Positions 37,235 to 51,581 are shown, counted from the stretch's first letter. The stretch: DNA of 64,000 nucleotides from Octopus sinensis (GCF_006345805.1 NC_043013.1:46066001-46130000); one strand, 5' to 3'. Numbers and translations: made by a program. Notes: a model not told the origin generated them from the letters alone.

Positions 37235-37690
37235 TTACTCTTTTACCCTTTTACTTGTTTCAGTCATTTTGACTGTGGCCATGCTGCAGCATCGCCTTTA
37301 ATCGACGAAATCGACCCCAGGACTTATTCTTTGTAAGCCTAGTACTTATTTTATCGGTCTCTTTTGCCGAACACAAACATATACATATACACACAAACAT
37401 ATAAACACACATACATATATATATATATCACATGATCACGTGATATCAGATGTTGCTACACATCGCTGGTCACAATGCGTTCGCATTGTTTTAGCCTTCG
37501 AACGACGCTGGCTAAGAAGAAAGTTGGAGAAAGAGTGGTGAAAGAGTACAGCAGGGATCACCACCCCCTGCCGGAGCCTCGTTGAGCTTTTTAGGTGTTT
37601 TCGCTCAATAAATACACACGACTGCCGGTCTGGGAATCGAAACCGTGATCCTCCGACCGCGAGTTCGCTGCCCTAACCACTGGACCATTG

Positions 37691-37738
<48 letters not shown>

Positions 37739-37750
37739 ATATATATATAT

Positions 37751-37786
<36 letters not shown>

Positions 37787-37904
37787 ATGTATATATATGT
37801 ATATATATATATTGTATAATATATATATATGATATATATATATAATATATATTATATATATAATATTAATATTATGTATATATATATATATATATATATG
37901 TATA

Positions 37905-38003
<99 letters not shown>

Positions 38004-38172
38004 ATTATATATATATATATACACACAAACATATATACGACGGGTTTCTTTCAGTTTCCGTCTACCAAATCCATTCACAAAGACACTTGCCCAATGTACC
38101 ATGTAATCGGACTGAAACCGGGACCATGTGGTTGGTAAGCAAGCTACTTACCACACAACCACTCCTGTGCCT
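37235..38172 (-). mobile_element. SINE B split by a nested SINE and (TA)n expansion
   Basis: B head at about 38030-38172, B 3' part at about 37235-37375. Confidence 0.65.
37428..37696 (-). mobile_element. tRNA-derived SINE, head C + tail Y
   Basis: Head homologous to 32208; tail homologous to about 2395-2498. Confidence 0.8.
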
Positions 38173-38248
38173 GTAAGCAAATAGGAAATAGCAGTTTTTA
38201 CAGAAAAACAAAATTCGTGTTACACAGTGGTTATCATTACCTGTTCAG

Positions 38249-38368
38249 GTGTTCGTCAACATTAGCCACTGGCTTGGACAGAACCAGGAACACTATGAAC
38301 TGCTGCAATCGCTTTTGCAAAATATCACTGAGAAAGCAACTGGTCAGGAACCATATTTGGCTACGTCT
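38249..38368 (+). CDS. Candidate internal coding exon, 120 nt, phase 0-0, product unidentified
   Basis: ttacctgttcAG|GTG...TCT|GTGAGT. Open reading VFVNISHWLGQNQEHYELLQSLLQNITEKATGQEPYLATS, non-repetitive, with higher GC than the flanks. Confidence 0.5.
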
Positions 38369-38607
38369 GTGAGTGGTTATATCACGTGACCATCGATGAT
38401 TTTACGCAACTTGGATTCAGTTCGATCGACCAGAATATGCAAACATTATGGGGAACATAAATAAAAAAAAAAGTTAATAATTGCCTGTTGATGATGGAGA
38501 AAACAGCGTAACAGAATAAATTAATGCTTCTTAAATAAAAAGTTATGTTCAGTCAGGATATAAACATTGGCCAGGGAAACATAAAATGTTCGACTAATTT
38601 GCGAAAG

Positions 38608-38610
<3 letters not shown>

Positions 38611-38683
<73 letters not shown>
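38611..38683. repeat. (TAA)n microsatellite
   Basis: Directly visible. Confidence 0.95.
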
Positions 38684-38685
<2 letters not shown>

Positions 38686-39491
38686 TAGTTATTCCATACT
38701 AATGACAGGTGGAGAGGTCATATAGCGGGTAGCCATGATATATGTACGCACTGTTATTGAATTTTACATGTGTGTGTTTATGTGTGTGTGTCTATGTATG
38801 TGCGTATGTATGTGTACGTGTGTGTGTGTGTGTGCGTGTGTTTGTATATGTGTGTGTGTTTGTTTGTTCCAATTATAACCATGCTGTGATGTCGTTGCCA
38901 GAATAATTCAATAAAAGAAAATTAGTGATATATTTTTCTTTTGGAATTTAATGATAAAATTTGATAGAAATATTTCTGTAGAATGTCAGAAATTGAAGAA
39001 ATAAGAAAACAATGAAAATTATAGTCGGAACCTTTGCGTATATGTATGGCTGCCATAAACTCGAAAATTAATAGAAATCTGGTTTGAATAATGGGAGCGA
39101 AGACTAGAGGCCAGGTATTTAGAATTTGCTCTCAAAGCGTTCGAGTGTTTCCTTTCAGTAAAACATTTTCACTACCAAGTTAGACTGGCAGAAGGAAACC
39201 AATTATATTGGCTGTCTTGATATTATTAGGCGGTTCTGATAAAATCGATAACTTGGTTTAAATTTAATTAAAAGAATGCAATGAACATAAATGCGTATCA
39301 TTTAATTCAAACTTTAGTTGACATAGCATGAGGTTTCTATTCAAATTCGTCTTTTAACCAAGTATGGGATATGTTGTTAGATGTAGAACTAATAAAACAC
39401 ACACACACATAATCACACAACACACGCACGGACTGTATGTACGTGTGTATCTGTGCGTGCGTGTGCATGTGTATTCATGTGTGTATGTGTA

Positions 39492-39529
<38 letters not shown>

Positions 39530-40075
39530 TGTGTGCCAGCGTTCGTATTTCTGTGTGTGTGCGTGCATGCATGCGTGCGTGCAGCCTCTGAGTGCGTGTG
39601 AAGGAGAACTGGTATCTGAAATGTAAATGTATTATTAAGTAAAAGGCAGTTATTATGGAAAAAAAAAGAAGAGAAATCTTTATATAGATCTCAGAAAGGA
39701 CGCTGGCTGTTATGAATAGAGTTGGAGATAGAAATATAATTCCTTGTACAATTAAAAAAAGAATCCTACGCTCAATAGCCAAAAGAAACCAACAGCATCA
39801 TCATCAGCACTAACAGCACCAGCAACACCATCATCACCAACAACGACTTCAACAGCAGTAAAAACCGCGTAAGTAGTCAGCTCTTGTGAGTGACGGAGTC
39901 AATTGGAGAAAAAGAGAAACGCAGATGAATCCAGTGAACAACACTAACAGCCTCTCCCGCCATCTTACCACTTCGCCAAGTTTAATAATTGAGTAGCAGT
40001 GATTATAACATTATTCACTTATTTGCTTATTTATCTATTTACTTATTTATTAAACCTAGCATATATATAAAAAGT

Positions 40076-40500
40076 TAGGCGTAGGAGTGGCTGTGTGGTA
40101 AGCAGCTAGCTTGCTTACCAACCACATGGCTCCGGGTTCAGTCCCACTGCGTGGCACCTTGGGCAATTGTCTTCTACTATAGCTTCGGGCCGACCAAAGC
40201 CTTGTGAGTGGATTTAGTAGACGGAAACTGAAAGAAGCCCGTCGTATATGTGTGTATATATATGTATATATGTATGTGTGTGTATTTGTTTGTGTGTCTG
40301 TGATTGTCCCCCCAACATCGCTTGACAACCGATGCTGGTGTGTTTACGTCCCCGTAACTTAGCGGTTCGGTAAAAGAGACCGATAGAATAGGTACTGGGC
40401 TTACAAAGAATAAGTCCCGGAGTCGATTTGGTCGATTAAAGGCGGTGCTCCAGCATGGCCACGGTCAAAATGACTGAAACTAGTAAAAGAGTAAAAGAGT
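40076..40500 (+). mobile_element. SINE family B; a second, deleted and diverged copy follows at about 40800-41095
   Basis: Homology to 4048-4479. Confidence 0.85.
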
Positions 40501-41907
40501 ACCCCTAAAAAGCATGGAAAATAGTATTTCCTTCAAACTTATTCAAACCGCAAAGAATCCCTCAACACATGACTATGATGCTCCCCCCCTACTCCTTCTG
40601 ATGATCAGGGATGCCCATATTGTCAATCACATGCCGGTTAAGGTCAAGCAAGTGATAAGCAAATCTGTGGTATTGAGCAGAATATTTATGACGATATTTC
40701 TGCTTCAACAACTTAGCGCTGTATCTGTCTGAAATGAAATGGAAAATAAGTCAGTTTCAAAACATTGATGTCCGCGTATACACATACATACATCCTCGCA
40801 GATGTGACTAGGTGGTAAGAAGCTTGCTTCCCAACCACATGGTTCTAGGTTTACTATGGCCTCCAGCTGACCAAAGCCGACCACGTATGTGTGTGTGTAC
40901 CTTTGTGTTTGAGTTTGTCCCCACCACTGCTTGGCAACCAGTATCGGTGTGTGTGCGTCCCTGCAACCTCGTGGTTCGGCAAAAGAGACCGATAGAATAA
41001 ATAAGTATCGGGCTTAAAATATAAGTACTTGGGTCGATCCATTTGACTAAATTTCTCCAAGGTGGTGCCCCAGTATGGCCTCAGTCTAAGATTAAAGATT
41101 AAAGATTAAAGATGGTTATATGACTACTGCAGCAGTGGGGCGATATAAAATGCTCCTGTGGAGACGGGGACAACGGTGGAGCTACATAAATATGTCTGTA
41201 TGAAACCTGAAGCAATTTCTCTATATAAGGTGATTATATGAAAACTGGAGCAACAGAGGGTCTATAAAATACGGTTGAGCAAACCCTGAGAAAAAATTCT
41301 GATGTCGAAGCCCCTGGGGAAGTTCGACGTTGTTTACAATCTGGTTCTTGTAACTCTTACGACGACGCCTGTATCCAATTGTATTTACTGTGGGGCTCCT
41401 CTCGATGCATAAGAGATATAAAGAGTGGACACGCTGCATAGGTAACAACCTAACCTTCGTATCATACTACCCAGGCTTGGAGCCTATAAAATAATTAGGG
41501 AAATAGAACCGCTCTACGCAGCACAGGGTAAAAGAAAAAAGACGTCAAAGGAATTAAGAAGGTGAAGGGATCTATTGGACGTCAAAAAGAGGTTTTACGA
41601 AAGTTCGTCTTAACCAAGACCTTGTTGGGACCAAATTCCCTTGCAATTCCCTTTTAAACGATTATATTTCTTATAGAATCTGTTCACTACCAACAAATGC
41701 CAGTATTTCGAATATACCAAACGTAGCGATACAATTATGAATGAAGAATGAAATTCAAAATTTACTCAAAAACGCCTCTGTATATATATATATATATATA
41801 TAATATATATTATATATATTATATACATGTATATATAATTATTATTGAGGGAATAAAATCCAACTTACAAGGAAAAAATTCAATTTAAAAATACTAAATC
41901 AAATTAT

Positions 41908-41976
<69 letters not shown>

Positions 41977-42665
41977 ATGTATATATGTATGTATGTATAT
42001 ATATATATATATGTGTATGTATATATGTATGTATGTATATATATATATATATATATATATGCGTGTGTGTGTGTATTTAAATATAATTAAGCGTTAAGCA
42101 ACTTGTTGCTTAACACTTATTTATATTTAATTATATATTAAAAAACCTTTTTGTAAAAGTTTCTACCGATAATGTTTCTCTCTCCATACCGAAACTACTT
42201 GGTAAATTTATTAATTATTAAATTAATAATTCTTTACCCTATATCTATAATATATATATATATATATATATCAGTATTTCTGTGGAATCCTTGATGACGA
42301 CCTCCCGCGGAAACCCTCTTGAGGAAACGTTCGATTAGACTACACTTCACTGAGATCCATTGATAAGAAACATGTCTGATGTTGACATGGTTATATTAAA
42401 CACCACACTCATCGTTTATTAATCCTTTGCTTTCCTTTTATTAATCTTTATTAATATACCATGTTTAATTAATTTCAACTAATTAAAATTTCTGGTTTGT
42501 CATAAAGGAAATTAAATTGTTCTCATTAATAAAGGTGTAATTTTAATTAATCAAAATTTCTTGGTTCATTATATCAAGTACACTAGCACCCAGTTTATTA
42601 TGTAACTCCCGTAGTAATAGACCCAGTTGAGCTAACCATTAGCTCTTGTTATTTAACTCCATATT

Positions 42666-44340
42666 TAAGGCGACGAGCAGGGAAAATCGTTTGCACGCCG
42701 GATAAAATGCTTAGCGGTATTTCGTCTGTCGTTACGTTCTGAGTTCAAATTCCGCCGAGGTCGACTTTGCCTTTCATTCTTTTGGGGGTCTATAAAATAA
42801 GTTGATATAATCGACGTATCCCCGAAGTTGCTGGCCTTGTGCCAAAATTCGAAACCATTATTTAACTTCAGGCAGCGAGCTGGCAGAACTATTAGCACGC
42901 CGGGCGAAATGCTAAGCGTTCTGAGTTCAAATTCCGCTGAGGTCGACTTTGCCTTTCATCCTTTCGGGGTCAATAAATTAAGTACCAGTTGCGTACTGGG
43001 TCAATCTAATCGACTGGCCTTCTCCCCAAAAATTTCGGGCCTTGTGCCTAGAGTAGAAAAGAACCGTTAGCACACCAGGCAAAATGTTTAGCGGTATTTC
43101 GTCCGTCTTTACGTCCCGAGTTCAAATTCCACCGAGATTCACTTTACATTTCCTCCTTTCGGAGGGGTCGATAAAATAAGCACCAGTCGAGGTCTGGGGT
43201 CGATGTAATCGACTTGCTTCCTTCCCAGAACTTGCTGATCTTGTGCCAATATTTGAAACCATTATTTAAATCCATAAAGGCGGCGAGCTGGCAGAATTGA
43301 TAAGCACGCCGAGCAAAATGCTTAGCGACATTTCGTTCGACTTCACCTTCAGAGTTCAAATTCCGAGGTCGACTTTGCCTTTCATCCTTTCGGCTTCGAT
43401 AAAATAAGTACCAGATGAGAACTAGGGTCGATGTAATAGTCTGGCTTCCTCGTCCCAAATTTCAGGCCGTATGCCTATAGTAAAAAGAATTATTTAACTC
43501 CGGGTTTAAATTGCTGGCGGAATCATTAGCCCGCCGGACTAACTTAGCAGTATTTTTTCTACTTTTGTTTTTTTTTTAGTTCAAATGTCGCCGAGGTAGA
43601 CTTAGCCTTTAATGCTTTTAGGGTCGAAAATACCAGTACCAACTGAGCACTGAGATCGATGTAGTCGACAAGCCCCATTCCTCGAAATAACATACCGTGT
43701 GCATAGAGTAGAAAGAAAAAATTCATTTAATTCCAGGTGAAGGCGGCGAGCTGGCAGAAACGTTAGCACTCCGGACGAAATGCTTAGCGGTATTTGTTCT
43801 GCCGTTACATTCTGAGTTCAAATTCCGCCGAGGTCGACTTCACCTTTCATCTTTTCGGGGTCGGTTAAATAAGTACCACTTACGCACTGCGGTCGATGTA
43901 ATCGACTTAATCCGTTTGTCTGTCCTTGTTTGTCCTCTTTATGTGTAGCCCCTTGTGGGTAGTAAAGAAATAGGTATTTCGTCTGCCGCTACGTTCTGAG
44001 TTCAAATTCCGCCGAGGTCGACTTTGCCTTTCATCCTTTCGGGGTCGATGAAATAAGTACCAGTTACGCACTGGGGTCGATATAATCAGCTTAATCCCTT
44101 TGTTTGTCCTTGTTTGTCCCCTCTATGTTTAGCCCCTTGTGGGCAATAAAGAAATAAGAATCGATAGCACAGTGTAAAAAATGCTTTGCGGCATTCCTTC
44201 TGGCTCTTGAAGTTTTGAGTTCAAATTCCGCCGAGGGCGACTTTGCCTTTCGAGCTCAATAAAATTACGAGCACTGGGGTCATTGTAATCGTCAACTTTC
44301 CTCCCACAATATTTCAGGTCATGTGCTTATAGTTCAAAGA
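42666..44340 (+). mobile_element. Head-to-tail cluster of about 8 SINE A units with two tail types
   Basis: A-type starts near 42666, 42870, 43060, 43277, 43510, 43740, 43970 and 44155, all on the same strand. Confidence 0.75.
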
Positions 44341-44342
44341 AT

Positions 44343-44758
44343 GGATCTTTTCGGTTTGAACGGCAGTTTTTTCTAGCGGTGTCATATGAAATTGTCACCC
44401 ATAATTATGACCCTAGTATCGATCTATTGCATTTCAATCTCTTTTAGGGTCAGGGTTAGGGGTGGGGGGAAGGGTATCTTTTTTTCTTCACAAATGTAAA
44501 TAAACCCAATCTGTTTCTTAAACGAGGGACATATTCATACGGTACAGAATGTTTTCAACTCAATAGACGTCATTGATTGGTTGAAATTGCAGAAATTGAA
44601 GAAAAAAAACAACAAATATCTAACAAAATATTGAATTTTCTCAATAAAGCCAAGAGAAAAAGATGTTTTATAAACACATTCTACCAGTATACGAAGTTTA
44701 AAATTTTTTAGTTACCTAGAAATTATGTTAAAAACTGCCGTTCAAACCAAAAAGATCC
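44343..44758. mobile_element. MITE with ~29-bp TIR and 8-bp TSD (Merlin-like GG termini)
   Basis: GGATCTTTTCGGTTTGAACGGCAGTTTTT ... AAAAACTGCCGTTCAAACCAAAAAGATCC; CAAAGAAT on both sides. Confidence 0.85.
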
Positions 44759-45622
44759 CAAAGAATTCTTTTTCTCTGGGAAATTATCATGCACACTTAA
44801 ATATGTAAAAGGCGTTCTAACCATAACCAACACGCCCTTTTTTTTCATTCAGTGCATAAAAAATTACATTATCCTTTGTGTCTTTGCAGTTTTGAAGAAA
44901 GTAGGGTGCGATCTTCGAAGACTTGGCTGCTATTTCTAGCAAGACAACCACATAGTAATGACTCCCCCATCAGTTCGCCAATCCATTAGTAAAGACGTAA
45001 GGTGTCGGTCCTGCATTCAATTATTTCGTGACAACTCATGCGAACCACAACAGCTGCAAAATACAAGAGTTAGATATCTATTTCTGCTAAATTTTACAGG
45101 ATATCAGAATCGATTTTTCTCCCGTATATTAAATAATTTCATTAGAAATAGTCAACAACATAAAAAAAGTGAGGAGGAATATATTTGTTTAAGGTGGGAA
45201 TAAAAATATATTTAACGTCTTTTAACAACATTTTGCTTTTTACTTAATTGATTTTTGTCAATAGTGACCACTTTCGGTTGTCTAGGAGTATAGCTCTGGC
45301 TTTGAGAAACTAAAACGTGACTAAAAGTACAGATCTAGTTTCTATGATCTTCAATGAAAACAAAAGAAGAAAAATACACCATTGGAAAATGAGAATGAAA
45401 AAACATATTTTAGGTTAGTGATAATACAGGCAACAAGAACAATAAATATCATAAATATAGGCGCAGGAGTGGCTGTGTGGTAAGTAGCTTGCTTACCAAC
45501 CACAAGGTTCCGGGTTCAGTCCCACTGCGTAGCACCTTGGGCAAGTGTCTTCTACTATAGCCTCGGGCCGGCCAAAGCCTTGTGAGTGGATTTGGTAGAC
45601 GGAAACTGAAAGAAGCCCGTCG

Positions 45623-45659
<37 letters not shown>

Positions 45660-45668
<9 letters not shown>

Positions 45669-46950
45669 CGTATATGTTTGTGTGTCTGTGTTTGTCCCCC
45701 TAGCATTGCTTGACAACCCATTTCTTTACTACCCACAAGGGGCTAAACACTGAGGAGAAAAACAAGGACAGACAAACGGATTAAGTCGATTACATCGACC
45801 CCAGTGCGTAACTGGTACTTATTTAATCGACCCCGAAAGGATGAAAGGCAAAGTCGACCTCGGCGGAATTTGAACTCACAACGTAACGGCAGACGAAATA
45901 CCGCTAAGCATTTCGCCCGGCGTCCTAACGTTTCTGCCAGCTTGCCTGACAACCGATGCTGGTGTGTTTATGTCCACGTCAATTAGCGATTCGGCAAAAG
46001 AGACCGATAGAATAAGTACTGGGCTTACAAAGAATAAGTTCCGGGGTCGAGTTGGTCGATTAAAGGCGGTGCTCCGGCATGGCCGCAGTCAAATGACTGA
46101 AACAAGTAAAAGAGTAAAGAGTATAGGCGCAAGTGTGGCTTTGTGGTGAGAAGCTTGCTTCCCAACCACATAGTTCCAGGTTCAGTTCCACTGCGTGGCA
46201 TCTTGGACAAGTGTCTTCTATTATACTATTATAGCCTTGGATAGACCAAAGCCTGTAAATGGATTTGGTAGACGGAAGCTAGAAGCCATATGTGTGTGTG
46301 GTGTGTGTGTGTGCGTATATGTTTGTGTGTCTGTGTTTGTCCCCCTAGCATTGCTTGACAACCCATTTCTTTACTACCCACAAGGGGCTAAACACTGAGG
46401 AGAAAAACAAGGACAGACAAACGGATTAAGTCGATTACATCGACCCCAGTGCGTAACTGGTACTTATTTAATCGACCCCGAAAGGATGAAAGGCAAAGTC
46501 GACCTCGGCGGAATTTGAACTCACAACGTAACGGCAGACGAAATACCGCTAAGCATTTCGCCCGGCGTCCTAACGTTTCTGCCAGCTTGCCTGACAACCG
46601 ATGCTGGTGTGTTTATGTCCACGTCAATTAGCGATTCGGCAAAAGAGACCGATAGAATAAGTACTGGGCTTACAAAGAATAAGTCCCGGGGTCGAGTTGC
46701 TCGATTAAAGGCGGTGCTCCGGCATGGCCGCAGTCAAATGACTGAAACAAGTAAAAGAGTAAAGAGTATAGGCGCAAGTGTGGCTTTGTGGTGAGAAGCT
46801 TGCTTCCCAACCACATAGTTCCAGGTTCAGTTCCACTGCGTGGCATCTTGGACAAGTGTCTTCTATTATACTATTATAGCCTTGGATAGACCAAAGCCTG
46901 TAAATGGATTTGGTAGACGGAAGCTAGAAGCCATATGTGTGTGTGTGTGT
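45660..46950. repeat. Tandem duplication, 2 x 645 bp, of a SINE A-in-SINE B composite
   Basis: Identical ORF pairs offset by 645 (45743/46388, 45804/46449). Breakpoints lie in (GT)n tracts. Confidence 0.9.
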
Positions 46951-48586
46951 GTTATTTCTTTACTGACCACAAGGGGCTGAACATAGAGGGGACAAGTTTC
47001 GCTTGAAAAGGAAGATGAGGATAGAGATGTGCGCGAGTTTTTCGAAAGGTGAGTGGCAAAAATGAAACCGCCATACATTTACGCCTCGAGGTCAGGGAAT
47101 CACTGTTGAAGAGGGCACTTGTTCTTGGCGTTCAGGGTGACCTTGGATTCTTAGATGCATAAAGAATTAAAGTTAGCCCGCTTCAGTTGAAGCATAGACC
47201 AGTCTGAATGCACCATCTTTTCTGTTATTCACGTTCAGGACCACTAACTTACCACCCAGATCCAGGAAGATTGCTTGTATTTCGAGATTCAAGCATTTCC
47301 AGAACAACAATGTCATCCCACCACCCGATCCCCACAGATGAGAAAACCGTGTAATGGTCGAAAACGGGAGCTCCAGAGATCCTTGTCTCGTTAATGGCTG
47401 CAACATCTATATTTAGCGACCTGAGGTCATTGATCAAATGACCTTGCTATTAGACCGAACCCAGACCCTCAACGTTTACATAACCTATTCTAAGTGTAAC
47501 CATTTAAGTTCGGGAAAAGAAAGCCAAAAGTTTTTCTTTTTACATTGGACCTCAAGGATACTTTTTGATCTGGTCTATTTTATGGCTGTGCGTGAAGTGG
47601 GGGAAAGACTTCTTTATAGTACATATATTCTTTCCTACTCTAGGCACAAGGCCCGAAATTTTTGGGGGAAGGGCCAGTCGATAAGATCGACCCTAGTACG
47701 CAACTTGTACTTAATTTATCGACCCCGAAAGGATGAAAGGCAAAGTCGACCTCGGCGGAATTTGAACTCAGAACGTAGCGGCAGACGAAATACCTATTTC
47801 TTTGCTACCCACAAGGGCTAAACACAGAGGGGACAAACAAGGACAAACAAAGACAGACAAACACAGAGTGGACAAACAAGGACAGACAGACAAATTAAGT
47901 CGGTTACATCGACTCCAGTGCGTAACTGGTACTTATTTAATCGACCCCGAAAGGATGAAAGGCAAAGTCGACCTCGGCGGAATTTGAACTCAGAACGTAG
48001 CGGCAGACGAAATACCTATTTCTTTACTACCCACAAGGGGCTAAACACAGAGTGGACAAACAAGGACAGACAGACAAATTAAGTCGGTTACATCGACTCC
48101 AGTGCGTAACTGGTACTTATTTAATCGACCCCGAAAGGATGAAAGGCAAAGTCGACTTCGGCGGAATTTGAACTCAGAACGTAACGGGAGACGAAATACC
48201 GCTAAGCATTTCGCCCGGCGTCCTAACGTTTCTGCCAGCTTGCTTGACAACCGATGCTGGTGTGTTTATGTCACCGTCAATTAGCGGTTCGGCAAAAGAG
48301 ACCGATAAAATAAGTACTGGGCTTACAAAGAATAAGTCCCGGGGTCGAGTTGCTCGATTAAAGGCGGTGCTCCATCATGGCCGCAGACAAATGACTGAAA
48401 CAAGTAAAAGAGTAAAAGAGTATAGGCGCAAGTGTGGCTTTGTGGTGAGAAGCTTGCTTCCCAACCACATAGTTCCAGGTTCAGTTCCACTGCGTGGCAT
48501 CTTGGGCAAATGTCTTCTATTATACTATTATAGGCTTGGATAGACCAAAGCCTGTAAATGGATTTGGTAGACGGAAGCTAGAAGCC

Positions 48587-48623
<37 letters not shown>

Positions 48624-49490
48624 CTTTACTGACCACAAGGGGCTGAACATAGAGGGGACAAGTTTCGCTAGAAAAGGAAGATGAGGATAGAAATGTTGTG
48701 CGAGAGTTTTTCGAAAGGTGAGTGGCAAAAATGAAACCGCCATACATTTACGCCTCGAGGTCAGGGAATCACTGTTGAAGAAGGCACTTGTCCTTGGCGT
48801 TCAGGGTGACCTTGGATTCTTAGATGCATAAAGAATTAAAACCAGTCTGAATGCACCATCTTTTCTGTTATTCACGTTCAGGACCACTAACTTACCACCC
48901 AGATCCAGGAAGATTGCTTGTATTTCGAGATTCAAGCATTTCCAGAACAAAATGTCATCCCACCACCCGATCCCCACAGATGAGAAAACCGTGTAATGGT
49001 CGAAAACGGGAGCTCCAGAGATCCTTGTCTCGTTAATGGCTGCACATCTATATTTAGCGACCTGAGGTCATTGATCAAATGACCTTGCTATTAGACCGAA
49101 CCCAGACCCTCAACGTTTACATAACCTATTCTAAGTGTAACCATTTAAGTTCGGGAAAGAAAGCCAAAAGTTTTTCTTTTCACATTGGACCTCAAGGATA
49201 CTTTTTGATCTGGTCTATTTTATGGCTGTGCGTGAAGTGGGGGAAAGACTTCTTTATAGTACATATATTCTTTCCTACTCTAGGCACAAGGCCCGAAATT
49301 TTTTGGGGAAGGGCCAGTCGATAAGATTGACCCTAGTACGCAACTTGTACTTAATTTATCGACCCCGAAAGGATGAAAGGCAAAGTCGACCTCGGCGGAA
49401 TTTGAACTCAGAACGTAGCGGCAGACGAAATACCTATTTCTTTACTACCCACAAGGGCTAAACACAGAGGGGACAAACAAGGACAAACAA
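46430..49490. repeat. Tandem duplication with ~1.65-kb period
   Basis: GAAGCCATAT at 46927 and 48581 (offset 1654). The second copy lacks about 26 bp after AAAGAATTAAA. Ends lie in SINE A units. Confidence 0.85.
47160..47437 (-). mobile_element. Tx1/L1-like AP-endonuclease fragment (duplicated at about 48835-49075)
   Basis: DLRSLNIDVAAINETR ... KLVVLNV ... AFRLVYA. Confidence 0.65.
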
Positions 49491-50226
49491 GGACAGACAA
49501 ACGGATTAAGTCGATTATATCGACCCCAGTGCGTAACTGGTACTTATTTAATCGACCCCGAAAAGATGAAAGGCAAAGTCGACCTCGGCGGAATTTGAAC
49601 TCAGAACGTAGCGGCAGACGAAATACCTATTTCTTTACTACCCACAAGGGGCTAAACACAGAGTGGACAAACAAGGACAGACAGACGAATTAAGTCGGTT
49701 ACATCGACTCCAGTGCGTAACTGGTACTTATTTAATCAACACCGAAAGGATGAAAGGCAAGGTCGACCTCGGCGGAATTTGAACTCAGAACGTAGCGGCA
49801 GACGAAATACCTATTTCTTTACTACCCATAAGGGGCTAAACACAGAGTGGACAAACAAGGACAGACAGACGAATTAAGTCGGTTACATCGACCCAGTGCG
49901 TAACTGGTACTTATTTAATCAACACCGAAAGGATGAAAGGCAAGGTCGACCTCGGCGGAATTTGAACTCAGAACGTAGCGGCAGACGAAATACCTATTTC
50001 TTTACTACCCATAAGGGGCTAAACACATAGAGGACAAACAAGGACAGACAAACGGATTAAATCGATCATATCGACCCAGTGCGTAACTGGTACTTATTTA
50101 ATCGACCCCGAAAGGATGAAAGGCAAAGTCGACCTCGGCAGAATTTGATGTCAGAACGTAACGGCAGACGAAATACTGTTAAGCATTTCGCCCGGCGTGG
50201 TAACGATTCTGCCAGCTCGCCGCCTT
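49260..50226 (-). mobile_element. SINE family A array of about 5 units; an inverted headless unit follows at about 50293-50460 (+)
   Basis: Repeated CGAAATACCTATTTCTTT junctions; head at about 50170-50226. Confidence 0.85.
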
Positions 50227-50903
50227 TAGAGTACATATATTGAGGCATTTACTAAATCTTCCGATGTCTTGAAGGTATTTTTCTTTTAAATTCCGACGAG
50301 GTCGACTTTGCCTTTCATCCTTTCGGGGTCGATAAATTAAGTACCAGTTACGCACTGGGGTCGATATAATCGACTCAATCCGTTTGTCTGTCCTTGTTTG
50401 TCCCCTTGTCCTCTATGTTTAGCCCCTTGTGGGTAGTAAAGAAATAGGTATTTTTCTTTTAAGAGATGATAAGTCTCTGAATCAGTCTGTGGCAATCCGG
50501 CAAAACCCTCCCCGTTCATAATAATGTTTTTTTTTGTTTTTTATTACTTAGTCAATGAATTTTATGCTGTTTTTTTTTTCTGAACAACAGTACAGATGAT
50601 AAAGGAAGGGTGTGTGTGAGTGTGTAGCTGTTGGCCATGTTGTTCGGGTGTCTGCTTTTGCTTCCGTCACGATTGTGAATGTGCCTGTTAAGAGTCGGCT
50701 TTGTTGCAGTGATGCTGGTGCTGTTAGACATTTTTGTGATTGGTTTTCTGTCCTCCGTTGTTTCTCGTGGCCTTCGTTTTGGTGTGACCTGTATTTCTAT
50801 GGATCCGATTTTCCTCTTCTCCCTGGAGAAAGCTTTTTGGAACGATTTCATCAGGCCTTCATCTTCCGAGGAAGTTTTTTCTCTATTTCGTGAAGCCTAA
50901 GTC

Positions 50904-51342
<439 letters not shown>

Positions 51343-51421
51343 TTGTCTGTAATTTTTTTTTAGCAACAATTGTAGAATCGAGTGTGTATTCAAACGCGGA
51401 AAAAAGAAGTCCAGTCAATGT

Positions 51422-51581
51422 TCCAATATTCGATCGAAGAAAAATTATACAGAAATTAAATAGATAGATATAAAGACAAGAAATGAATTGAGGACAGACC
51501 ATCCAATATTCGATCGAAGAAAAATTATACAGAAATTAAATAGATAGATATAAAGACAAGAAATGAATTGAGGACAGACCA
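51422..51581. repeat. Perfect 2 x 80-bp tandem duplication
   Basis: TCCAATATTCGATCG...GAGGACAGACCA begins at 51422 and at 51502. Confidence 0.9.
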
